This document shows, in pieces, positions 9,948 through 18,792 of a stretch of 64,000 bases of DNA; position 1 is the stretch's first letter, and every line of letters begins with the position of its first letter. The position numbers and the translations under genes were made by a program. This DNA comes from Bacteroidales bacterium. GTDB lineage: Bacteria > Bacteroidota > Bacteroidia > Bacteroidales > B18-G4. Under the pieces are notes generated by a model. The model searched no databases. It was not told the origin of the DNA and saw nothing but the letters and a program-made list of their open reading frames with translations. Location of the stretch: the NCBI GenBank assembly GCA_032250805.1, contig JAVVEM010000006.1, forward strand, positions 15,395 to 79,394, written 5' to 3'.

Positions 9948-12099
9948 AAAAAACAAACCTAAGCAAGGACGAGGAGTTAAAAATCTTCTCAGAAGCAATA
10001 TCCTCAGTATTTTCAAAGCCGATCCTATGAGGCTTTTCAATTACAAGCAGATCGCGGCCAAACTTACCATAAAAGATAAGGCCGGCCGCGACCTGGTAAA
10101 TAATATCATTGCCGAACTATTGCAGGAAGAAGTCCTTGAACAACCCCGGCCGGGAAAATATAAGCTTAATGCCGAATGGGCCCGTAAACAACAGGATTTC
10201 TCAAATACAATTACCGGCAGGGTTGACATGAAAAATACCGGAAAAGCTTATGTGATACCCGAAGACGACAGCGATGATATTTTTATTGCCCCCAATAATA
10301 CTTATCATGCCCTGCATGGCGATACGGTTAAAGTACGTTTATTCCCAAAACGCAAAGACCGCAAACGTGAAGGCAAGATCGTGGAGGTTGACAAGCGGGC
10401 CAAAGAACAATATGTGGGCGTGATCGAAGTGTCGAAAAAGTTTGCATTCCTTATTCCCGACAGCAGAAATATGCCCATCGATATTTTTATCCCCATTGAA
10501 AATCTTAAAGGTGCCAAAAATGGCCAGAAAGTGGTTGCCAGGATCACCGACTGGCCCGAACACTCAAAAAATCCTTTCGGTATGATTACCGATGTGCTGG
10601 GAAATCCGGGAGAGCATAATGTTGAAATGCAATCAATCCTGGCCGAGCATGATTTTCCGTTGGGTTTTCCGAAGGTGGTTGAAAAAGAAGCGGAAAATAT
10701 TCCCGCGCAAATCAGCACAGAAGAATACAAAAAAAGAAAAGACCTCCGCAATACCTGGACAATCACTATCGATCCGGAAGATGCCAAAGATTTTGATGAT
10801 GCGCTTTCGCTTAAAAAACTCGATGCGGGCAGGTGGGAAGTGGGTGTACATATTGCCGATGTAAGCCATTATGTAAAACCCGGCGGACTGATCGATGAAG
10901 AAGCATACAGACGGGCTACATCGGTGTATCTTGTCGACAGGGTGATCCCCATGTTGCCCGAAAAGCTCTCAAACTTTGTTTGTTCGCTCAATGCCGGAGA
11001 AGATAAACTATGTTACTCCATAATTTTTGAAATGGACGAAAATGCAAACGTGCACGGACAATGGATCGGACGAACCGTAATTAATTCCGATCGCCGCTAT
11101 AATTATGAAGAAGTGCAAAAGATCATTGAAAATGAAAAGGGCCAATTTGCTGAAGAGATCATGACATTGCACAGGCTTGCTGTTCAGTTGAGGAACGAAC
11201 GCTTTAAAAACGGATCCATTAATTTTGCATCACAGGAAGTAAAATTCAAGCTCGATGAAGATGGCACCCCCTTGAGCGTATACATCAAAGAACAAAAGGA
11301 TTCGAACAGACTGATTGAGGATTTTATGCTATTGGCCAACAAAAGGATCGCCGAGTACATTGGCAAAAAGAAAGCTGATAAAAAGCCAAAAACTTTTGTT
11401 TACCGGATACATGATCAGCCATCGCCCGAAAAGCTCAATACCTTTATTGAATTTCTGGGTAAGCTGGGGTATTCTCTTAAGATCAACTCGCGCGAGAGCC
11501 TGGCGCAGTCGTTTAATCATTTATTCAGGCAGATTGCAGGCAAGGGCGAAGAGAATATGATCGAAACCATCGCTATACGCACAATGGCCAAGGCCGAGTA
11601 TTCAACATTTAACATCGGACACTATGGCCTTGCATTTTCTTACTATACTCATTTTACCTCTCCCATACGCCGCTATCCAGACCTTATGGTGCACCGGCTC
11701 CTGGATCAATATCTGCAGGGAGGTTCTTCGGCAAGCAGCGATGTTTATGAAGATAAGTGCCAGCATTGTTCGTTGATGGAACGCAGTGCCATTGAGGCTG
11801 AGCGTGAATCGATCAAGTACAAGCAGGCAGAATTTCTTCTGGATAAGATCGGCCAGGAATTTGAAGGGCTTATCTCCGGCGTCAGCAAGTGGGGTATATA
11901 TGTTGAGATAATTGGAAATAAATGCGAGGGAATGGTACGGCTGCAGGATCTTGGTGATGATTTTTATTATCTCGATGAAGATAATTACCAGGTGATCGGT
12001 TCGCGTTACGGACAGAAATATAAGCTGGGTGATCAGGTGCGCATCATGGTGAAAAAGATTGATTTAGGCAAAAAACAAATGGATTTTGCCCTTGTTTAA
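9940..12099 (+). CDS. rnr: ribonuclease R
   Basis: 719 aa. Basic N-terminus, cold-shock/OB region, RNB catalytic core (IDPEDAKDFDDA, YLVDRVIPMLP, HFTSPIRRYPDL) and C-terminal S1 domain. Confidence 0.9.
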   Translation: MAKKNKPKQGRGVKNLLRSNILSIFKADPMRLFNYKQIAAKLTIKDKAGRDLVNNIIAELLQEEVLEQPRPGKYKLNAEWARKQQDFSNTITGRVDMKNTGKAYVIPEDDSDDIFIAPNNTYHALHGDTVKVRLFPKRKDRKREGKIVEVDKRAKEQYVGVIEVSKKFAFLIPDSRNMPIDIFIPIENLKGAKNGQKVVARITDWPEHSKNPFGMITDVLGNPGEHNVEMQSILAEHDFPLGFPKVVEKEAENIPAQISTEEYKKRKDLRNTWTITIDPEDAKDFDDALSLKKLDAGRWEVGVHIADVSHYVKPGGLIDEEAYRRATSVYLVDRVIPMLPEKLSNFVCSLNAGEDKLCYSIIFEMDENANVHGQWIGRTVINSDRRYNYEEVQKIIENEKGQFAEEIMTLHRLAVQLRNERFKNGSINFASQEVKFKLDEDGTPLSVYIKEQKDSNRLIEDFMLLANKRIAEYIGKKKADKKPKTFVYRIHDQPSPEKLNTFIEFLGKLGYSLKINSRESLAQSFNHLFRQIAGKGEENMIETIAIRTMAKAEYSTFNIGHYGLAFSYYTHFTSPIRRYPDLMVHRLLDQYLQGGSSASSDVYEDKCQHCSLMERSAIEAERESIKYKQAEFLLDKIGQEFEGLISGVSKWGIYVEIIGNKCEGMVRLQDLGDDFYYLDEDNYQVIGSRYGQKYKLGDQVRIMVKKIDLGKKQMDFALV

Positions 12100-12287
12100 G
12101 AGGCCGCCTGGCTTTGTTTATTCTTTAACAGCATACTCAGCATTGCCGCAACAACAGGCGTAAGCATAAAACCGATAAAAAAGGTCCACTCTTCACCCAG
12201 CCTGCTTTTTTTGCCCATGCGCTCAGATACGATCAGGGCTCCTGCATACCATACGGTAAAAACTATGAAGAAGATCAGTTCCTGCAT
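12096..12287 (-). CDS. small two-TM membrane protein, unknown function
   Basis: 63-aa version starting at MQELIFF, which avoids overlapping the upstream gene. Two hydrophobic helices. No recognisable family. Confidence 0.35.
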   Translation of the reverse strand: MQELIFFIVFTVWYAGALIVSERMGKKSRLGEEWTFFIGFMLTPVVAAMLSMLLKNKQSQAAS

Positions 12288-12288
12288 T

Positions 12289-12843
12289 TTAGTAAAAATA
12301 AATGAATAAATAAATAATGGGTATAATGATCCCGAGTATGGTAAGCCACGCACCACGCCCGGTAATGCCTTTTTTTCCTCTAACCAGAAATATTCCGGTT
12401 ATGGCCAGTGCAATTAATGCAGCTGCGTAGAGATCCGAAAACCAGGTCCACCACTTAACGGGATTATAGTGTAAATAATTCATCTCCCGGAAAACGGGCC
12501 TGCGCTTGTTTTTTTCAATCAGTCCATTTCCTGAATTCAGATTCACGTATACATTTCCGTTCTTTAAAAATATTTTCAGGTTATCCCGGTCAGGAAAATA
12601 ATGGTTTTTATATGCATCTGCTTCATGATGAGATTCGAGCATGTCCAGGATCTCTGTTTTGCTGACCCCATGCCTGAGTCCGGTTTTGATATTTTCCGTT
12701 GTAATTATATAATTGGGGTTCCAGTCGTCGAGATGGTTTATGGCGATGCCTGATATGGCGTAGATCAGTGTAACACCGAAGAACAAATATCCAAAATCGC
12801 GGTGGATAACCCTGAACCATTTTCTCCAGCTATTTTTTGCCAT
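12289..12843 (-). CDS. PepSY-associated TM helix domain protein
   Basis: 184 aa. N-terminal RKWFRVIHRDFGYLFFG...SGIAINH motif and C-terminal TM helices typical of the PepSY_TM family. Confidence 0.6.
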   Translation of the reverse strand: MAKNSWRKWFRVIHRDFGYLFFGVTLIYAISGIAINHLDDWNPNYIITTENIKTGLRHGVSKTEILDMLESHHEADAYKNHYFPDRDNLKIFLKNGNVYVNLNSGNGLIEKNKRRPVFREMNYLHYNPVKWWTWFSDLYAAALIALAITGIFLVRGKKGITGRGAWLTILGIIIPIIYLFIYFY

Positions 12844-12902
12844 GTTTATTGAAAATGAGTTTCACGAATAAATCGATTCTATCAATATTTATCAATCAAA
12901 AA

Positions 12903-12973
12903 GTCATTTTAAATGTAAAAGAGAACTTTGTTTCACTGAAAAGTAGTGGTTTTCTGTTTACATTTAAAATGAC
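12903..12973 (-). terminator. long AT-rich hairpin, probable intrinsic terminator of the upstream lipoprotein gene
   Basis: Perfect 17-bp inverted repeat GTCATTTTAAATGTAAA / TTTACATTTAAAATGAC. It is extendable with mismatches and followed on the minus strand by TTTTTG. Confidence 0.5.
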
Positions 12974-13041
12974 CTTAAGCACACCTCCAGAATCAAAGCA
13001 ATATGCTTTTTCTGAACGTTTGTTTTGTTGATGTTTGTAAA

Positions 13042-13539
13042 CTAACCTTCAGGAACAGTTTCTTGCACAGAATATTCGAGGCAGGTTACCGAGTACTGAG
13101 GCTTGTGATAATGATTAACATGGGCTTCATCATCTTCATGTTCGCCTTCAGCTGCCATTTCGCCTTCGCCTTCACCTTCTACCATGATTTCCTCAACAAA
13201 GCCGCGTACTTTCACATAGTTTCCTTCAAGTTCCGGTTCAAAGGCGGCCATTTCCTCTCCGGTTGTAATTTTAATTCTTACATCAGGATCATCGGCGGTA
13301 ATAAACATTTTTTTACCACCATGCCTGCACACATGAATTACACTGCCTTCCAGTACAACTTCTTTTCCTACAATTGTTTCTGCCTTTTCCTGAAATTCAG
13401 CAAGTGTCAATACCAGTGGTCCTTGTTCAGCCACTTCTTCCATGGCGCCTGTTTGATCGCCCTGGTCTGCTGTATTCGTGCCACCGCATGCCATAAGAAA
13501 TGCTGCAGCAACCATGATCATAAATAAATTTCTAAACAT
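13042..13539 (-). CDS. lipoprotein with acidic/His-rich C-terminal tail, unknown function
   Basis: 165 aa. Lipobox FLMACGG. OB-fold-like middle region. Tail EGEGEGEMAAEGEHEDDEAHVNHYH. Confidence 0.5.
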   Translation of the reverse strand: MFRNLFMIMVAAAFLMACGGTNTADQGDQTGAMEEVAEQGPLVLTLAEFQEKAETIVGKEVVLEGSVIHVCRHGGKKMFITADDPDVRIKITTGEEMAAFEPELEGNYVKVRGFVEEIMVEGEGEGEMAAEGEHEDDEAHVNHYHKPQYSVTCLEYSVQETVPEG

Positions 13540-13580
13540 TTTTTTTCTTATTAATTGTTTTGCGTGGCCAAAATTACGAA

Positions 13581-15110
13581 TTATTCAATATCTTCAATCA
13601 TATATTCTTCAGGTATTTTCATGCCGTCGTATTTCTTTTCAATGCCATTTTCGTATGTGATCACCAAAAATGGTGTGCCATCATAATTGTATGTGATCCA
13701 ATCGCCGTGTTTTCGGCCCATGATATAACTTCCTTTATCTTTTAATTTGCCATTGTCCCAATACCATATATGTTCACCATGGGGGTTGTCTTCTATAAAT
13801 TTTCCTTTGAATTTCAGGCTGCCATCCTTATAATATGATTTCCATTCCCCTTCACGCATTCCTTCTATAAATTCGCCTTCTTCTTTATGGTCGCCTACCT
13901 GATAAAACCATTCACCGTCTTCTTTTCCCCGCCAGTAATTGCCCTGCACGAGAATATTTCCCAATTCGTCATATTCCACAAGAGTGCCATCAATCATGCC
14001 TTTTTCAAAGTTTTCTTTTCGTTGAATCGAACCCGAAGAATAGTACCATTTCCATAAGCCTTCGGGTCGGCCCAGGCTGTCGTAGATACCCTCCTGTTCA
14101 ACCATACCATTTTTATGATAATAGGTCCAGTTTCCGATCCGTAAATCATGATAAAAACGTCCTTCGGCTTTCAATATGCCATTATCATAATATTCTTTCC
14201 ACATTCCCATTCTTTCTCCTTCTTCGGTTATGATCCCTTCGCCTATGATCATCCCGTTTTTATAAATATATGATTTTTCAATTTCCCCTTCATTATTGTA
14301 TTCGCGCCATATTCCTTCGGGTTTGTCGTCTTTATAGGTGGCTTTTATTTTAATATTGCCATCAGGATAATATTCGGTTTTTACATCAAGTTTTACAAAC
14401 TCTTCAACAAATTCCTGTTTTTCCCCTTCAACATATTTGTACGCATTTAAAAGCTTTCCTTCAACATCATATTCTTTATAATAACCATTTAACAAACCAT
14501 GCTTGTAAATGCATTCCAGGCTGAGCTCACCATTATCATGGAAATATTTCCAGGCGCCATGTTTTTTGCCCTGCCTGTCGTATCTGTTAATTCTTTCCCG
14601 GTTCGAAATAAAGCCTTTTTTATAGCTTATGAGTTGAATTATGCGCCCATCCTTTGCATATTCTTTTGCCAGGCCTTCTTCAAGCCCGTCAACATAATTA
14701 ACAGTTTTCATAAGCTGGCCATCAGGGTAATAATACCTGCTTATTCCCTGCTTTAAACCATTAACGAAGTTTTCCTCGATTTTTTCCGTTTCCCGGTAGG
14801 TGATCCTTAAGCCGTTTTTCATTCCAGCCTTGTAATTGATCTCCATTTTAAGATTACCTGTTTCATCATAGAATTTCCAGGTACTGTCGAGCAAATGATT
14901 TACGCGGTTCCCTTCCGATAAAAGAATACCTTCCTCGCTGTATGTTTTCCAGTATCCTTCGGGTTTTCCGTTTTTAATGGTTCCTTCGCTGCTTATTTCA
15001 CCATTTGGGTGATAAAATACAGTATAACCGTTAGTAATCTCTTCCTGAGCTGATATTGTAATGCTTAAATTTAAAAACGCAAGAAATAAAATATTTTTTA
15101 CGGTATTCAT
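13581..15110 (-). CDS. MORN-repeat variant protein (YwqK-like family)
   Basis: 509 aa with a signal peptide. About 20 tandem repeats of the G.W..Y..NG.l..eG.y..G..dG type. Confidence 0.8.
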   Translation of the reverse strand: MNTVKNILFLAFLNLSITISAQEEITNGYTVFYHPNGEISSEGTIKNGKPEGYWKTYSEEGILLSEGNRVNHLLDSTWKFYDETGNLKMEINYKAGMKNGLRITYRETEKIEENFVNGLKQGISRYYYPDGQLMKTVNYVDGLEEGLAKEYAKDGRIIQLISYKKGFISNRERINRYDRQGKKHGAWKYFHDNGELSLECIYKHGLLNGYYKEYDVEGKLLNAYKYVEGEKQEFVEEFVKLDVKTEYYPDGNIKIKATYKDDKPEGIWREYNNEGEIEKSYIYKNGMIIGEGIITEEGERMGMWKEYYDNGILKAEGRFYHDLRIGNWTYYHKNGMVEQEGIYDSLGRPEGLWKWYYSSGSIQRKENFEKGMIDGTLVEYDELGNILVQGNYWRGKEDGEWFYQVGDHKEEGEFIEGMREGEWKSYYKDGSLKFKGKFIEDNPHGEHIWYWDNGKLKDKGSYIMGRKHGDWITYNYDGTPFLVITYENGIEKKYDGMKIPEEYMIEDIE

Positions 15111-15112
15111 GA

Positions 15113-16069
15113 TTACTTGATAAGATTTAGTTTTCGTGATATATCAAGCATTTTGTTAATGGGATCCTTTGCCCGGCGGATTGTTTCCTCATCCAGAATT
15201 ATTTCAGGTTTCTCATACAACATGCAACGATAAAGTTTTTCCATTGTATTTAATTTCATGTACGGACAATCATTGCATGCACAGGTTTCATCAGTGGGTA
15301 CGATAATAAATTCTTTTTCCGGCGAGTTTTTGCTCATCTGATGAAGAATACCCGTTTCGGTGGCAACAATATATTTCTTGCTGTCATCGCTTTTTGTATA
15401 ATTCAACAATGCTGTTGTAGATCCTATAAAATCAGCCAATTCGAGTACCTGTGCCTTACATTCCGGATGGGCGATAAGCTTTGCATCGGGATGTTTAATT
15501 TTTAAATTAATTATGGCTTCAGTATTCAGTATATCATGAACCTCACAGGTTCCATCCCAAAGTACCATGTTTCTTCCTGTAATGATGTTGATATATCCGC
15601 CCAGGTTTTTATCGGGAGCAAAAATAATTTTTTGCTCCTGTGGAAATGAATTAACAATTTCTTTCGCATTTCCTGAGGTACAGATAACATCCGACAAGGT
15701 TTTAACAGCTGCGCTGCAATTAATATATGAGATCACAACATGGCCGGGGTATTTTTCTTTGAATTTTGCAAATTCGTCGGGCGGACATGAATCAGCGAGT
15801 GAACAACCGGCTTCAAGGTCAGGAAGGACGACTTTGGTATCAGGACTCAGTATTTTTGCCGTTTCAGCCATAAAATGCACTCCGGCAAATACAATAAGAT
15901 CGGCTTTTGCCTGTGAGGCCTGCTGGGATAACCCCAGACTGTCGCCAACATAATCGGCAATATCCTGTATTTCCGGAACCTGGTAATAATGGGCCAGGAT
16001 CACTGCATTTTTTTCTTTTTTTAATTTTAATATCTCATCCCTGTAATTCATAACACGCTTTATTAACAA
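15113..16069 (-). CDS. nadA: quinolinate synthase
   Basis: 318 aa. Conserved blocks [35 protein letters not shown] and CPYMKLNT. Confidence 0.9.
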   Translation of the reverse strand: MLIKRVMNYRDEILKLKKEKNAVILAHYYQVPEIQDIADYVGDSLGLSQQASQAKADLIVFAGVHFMAETAKILSPDTKVVLPDLEAGCSLADSCPPDEFAKFKEKYPGHVVISYINCSAAVKTLSDVICTSGNAKEIVNSFPQEQKIIFAPDKNLGGYINIITGRNMVLWDGTCEVHDILNTEAIINLKIKHPDAKLIAHPECKAQVLELADFIGSTTALLNYTKSDDSKKYIVATETGILHQMSKNSPEKEFIIVPTDETCACNDCPYMKLNTMEKLYRCMLYEKPEIILDEETIRRAKDPINKMLDISRKLNLIK

Positions 16070-16579
16070 TTCTATATTAATATATTATTTAAAAGTAAAA
16101 TTTTTTAAATGTATATATCCTGTTCATAGTACTGAAAACTTATTTCAATTATTCTTGCATAATTTAAAAGTACTTTTTTATTAACATTTTATCACAACAT
16201 TATTTTTTATAAAATAAACAAATGCAATAATTTATAGTTTTATTGACAATGCATAATTTTTAATGAATGTGAATATTTTAGTGTTAAATTAAGCAGCTTT
16301 TAATGTTCATTTCTACTGAATAGTGACGAAAAATTGTTACTATTTATTGCGAAATTATTATTTCTTTATATAAAATGCCCATAAAGCTGATATTATTCAA
16401 ACTTAATAACAGCTTATTCACAGTTAATAACACTGATTGTTTATAAACATAAACTACACCCGGCACTATACAATGCGCAGCTCATATACAAAATAGCATT
16501 ATGCAATTTTTAAAAGTATATGTTAAAATCAATGTCTGACCAATTTAGCTTATTTGATTTATGAAGCTGAATAATTGGC

Positions 16580-16587
16580 TAACTTTG
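16580..16587 (+). promoter_or_regulatory. candidate -7 promoter box (TAACTTTG) for rpiB
   Basis: Exact TAnnTTTG match, 17 nt upstream of the rpiB ATG at 16605. Confidence 0.4.
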
Positions 16588-16604
16588 TGTAAAAATAATA
16601 AAGC

Positions 16605-17054
16605 ATGTTTAATAAACAGCAAATAATACCTATTGCCACTGATCATGGTGGATTTAAGATGAAGGAATATATTAAGAATAAACTTATTGCACTGGGTTAT
16701 CGGGTAAACGACATGGGAACTGATTCGGAAGCTGGCGTTGATTATCCCGATTATATTCATCCCCTGGCCAAAGCTGTAAATTCAGGTGAATATGCTATGG
16801 GGATCATATTATGCGGCAGTGGTAATGGTGCACAGATGACAGCAAATAAATACCCGCACATACGTGCCGGATTATGCTGGACAAATGAACAGGCAAAACT
16901 GGCCCGACAACATAATAATGCAAATATTATTTCCATACCGGGAAGATTTGTTGACGAAAAACTGGCCCTGGAAATGACTTTAACATTTCTTAATACTGGT
17001 TTTGAGGGCGGCCGGCATCAGAGGCGTGTGGAAAAAATATCAAAGACATTATAA
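16605..17054 (+). CDS. rpiB: ribose-5-phosphate isomerase B
   Basis: 149 aa. Motifs IATDHGGF, ILCGSGNG and ARQHNNANI typical of the RpiB/LacAB family. Confidence 0.9.
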   Translation: MFNKQQIIPIATDHGGFKMKEYIKNKLIALGYRVNDMGTDSEAGVDYPDYIHPLAKAVNSGEYAMGIILCGSGNGAQMTANKYPHIRAGLCWTNEQAKLARQHNNANIISIPGRFVDEKLALEMTLTFLNTGFEGGRHQRRVEKISKTL

Positions 17055-17065
17055 AGAAGATAAAA

Positions 17066-18442
17066 ATGGGGGAAATGAGGAAGAAATTTTTATCTGAAGC
17101 AAACACAAAGGCTTTTGATATCGGGCACAGGAAAACGATAAGCTATAACATTTCCCGTTATCATCAATCTGTTAAACAGGGAAAACTTCAATTTAAAAAC
17201 CTGGAACTGGCAAAAATTCGTGCTGCCCACCTCAAATATAAAATACTGAACGATCTTGAGAAGTATCTGATTGAATTTGAATCGAATTTTTCGCGCAGGG
17301 GAGGTAAAGTGATCTGGGCCCAGGATGCCCGCGAAGCAGTTAAAGAGATCATACAAATTACCCAAAGACATCAGGCAACGAAAGTGGTTAAATCAAAATC
17401 GATGACTACAGAGGAAATTGATATTAATGAAGCTCTTGAAGCAATTGATGTAAATTCAATAGAAACCGACCTGGGCGAATATATTGCCCAATTATCAGGC
17501 GAAAGACCATATCATATCGTTACTCCGGTAATGCAAAAATCAAAGGAAGACATCGCTGAATTGTTTTATAATCTTTTTGATCTTGATAAAAACAGCACTC
17601 CCGGGCAAATTACTTCTTTTGTTAGAAACCACTTGCGCAACGAATTTGTACAGGCAGATATAGGGATCACCGGAAGCAATTTTCTTATTGCCGATACAGG
17701 TTCAGTTGCAATTACCGAAAATGAAGGCAATGGAATGATGTCGATGTCTTTTCCAAAAGTTCATATTGCCGTTGCCGGTATCGAAAAACTGATCCCCTCA
17801 ATAACCGATCTTGATCTTTTCTGGCCACTGCTGGCATCATATGGTACCGGACAAAAAGTAACGGCTTATAACTCAATCCTTAATGGGCCCAAAAGGAAAA
17901 ATGAAAATGACGGACCGAAGGAAATGTATGTTGTATTGCTTAACAATAAACGTACTGAGGTATTAAAAAAGGAGAGGCAAAGAATAGCCCTTTCGTGTAT
18001 CAGATGTGGAGCCTGCCTGAATGCCTGTCCGGTTTACCGTAATATTGGCGGACATACCTACAATACAGTCTATACCGGCCCTATAGGTTCTGTTATTAGT
18101 CCTTTCATGAACGGATTATCCGATTACAAGCATTTAAGTTTTGCGTCATCTTTATGTGGTGCGTGTACGGAAGTTTGTCCTGTGAAAATACCCTTACACA
18201 AGCTTTTACTGCTTAACCGAAATGATTCGGTAAAAGAAGGATTTGTTACTGCAGGCGAAAAACGAAGCATGTGGGCAATGAAAAAAATATTGTTAAACCG
18301 CAACAGCATGAATATGGGCGGTTTTGGTGTAAGAAATTATGTGTTTAAAAAGGTGGTTGGAAAACAATGGGGTCCCCGGAGAGACCTTCCCAAACTGGCC
18401 GGAAAATCCTTTAATACGCTTTGGAAAGAAAGAGAAAGGTAA
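17066..18442 (+). CDS. lutB: LutB/LldF-type iron-sulfur protein (LUD domain + 2x4Fe-4S)
   Basis: 458 aa. LUD-domain block GSNFLIADTGSVAITENEGNG. Ferredoxin motifs CIRCGACLNACP and CGACTEVCP. Confidence 0.8.
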   Translation: MGEMRKKFLSEANTKAFDIGHRKTISYNISRYHQSVKQGKLQFKNLELAKIRAAHLKYKILNDLEKYLIEFESNFSRRGGKVIWAQDAREAVKEIIQITQRHQATKVVKSKSMTTEEIDINEALEAIDVNSIETDLGEYIAQLSGERPYHIVTPVMQKSKEDIAELFYNLFDLDKNSTPGQITSFVRNHLRNEFVQADIGITGSNFLIADTGSVAITENEGNGMMSMSFPKVHIAVAGIEKLIPSITDLDLFWPLLASYGTGQKVTAYNSILNGPKRKNENDGPKEMYVVLLNNKRTEVLKKERQRIALSCIRCGACLNACPVYRNIGGHTYNTVYTGPIGSVISPFMNGLSDYKHLSFASSLCGACTEVCPVKIPLHKLLLLNRNDSVKEGFVTAGEKRSMWAMKKILLNRNSMNMGGFGVRNYVFKKVVGKQWGPRRDLPKLAGKSFNTLWKERER

Positions 18443-18473
18443 ACATTATTAAGAGTATCGTGTTTCGTGAGTA

Positions 18474-18589
18474 TTTAATCCGCCTGCGCGTTCCGCTTCG
18501 GCGGACGAGAAGGGGTTGTTAAATTCCCCGTAGCTTGCTGCGGAAATTAGTTTCCAGAGCTTGCTCTGGGGGTTAATACCATTTATTAA
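18474..18589 (+). repeat. 116-nt multi-hairpin intergenic element, copy A
   Basis: About 86% identical over a 102-nt ungapped core to 32793-32908, in the same orientation. Contains CGU(U)CCGC-UUCG-GCGGACG, CCGUAG-CUUG-CUGCGG, CCAGAG-CUUG-CUCUGG and UUAAUA-CCAUU-UAUUAA hairpins. Confidence 0.75.
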
Positions 18590-18605
18590 TCATAAACATC
18601 AAGAT

Positions 18606-18779
18606 ATGAAAATAGAAATAATGGACAAAGGCCCATATATTGTTAAGGGCGAAAACACAATTGTGGATAAAAACGGTAAAGAAACTGTTCACCGGCAGGA
18701 TACATATCTTTGCCGTTGTGGAAGATCAACCAACAAACCCTATTGTGATGGGGCACACAGGAGTGTTGATTTTGATTAA
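18606..18779 (+). CDS. CDGSH iron-sulfur domain protein
   Basis: 57 aa from the ATG at 18606. Exact CDGSH-type motif C-R-C-G-R-S-T-N-K-P-Y-C-D-G-A-H. Confidence 0.8.
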   Translation: MKIEIMDKGPYIVKGENTIVDKNGKETVHRQDTYLCRCGRSTNKPYCDGAHRSVDFD

Positions 18780-18792
18780 TATTTATTTTGCT

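Noticed and set aside
13003-13527. 174-aa plus-strand ORF opposite the small lipoprotein gene.
   Set aside because: The minus-strand frame has a signal peptide plus a lipobox and sits in operon register. The plus-strand frame is Phe/Cys-rich nonsense with no start context.
16070-16604. Idea that the AT-rich gap is a replication origin or a horizontally acquired remnant.
   Set aside because: I found only one imperfect DnaA-box-like 9-mer (TTATCACAA). There is no cluster of boxes, no dnaA/dnaN nearby, and no flanking mobility genes.
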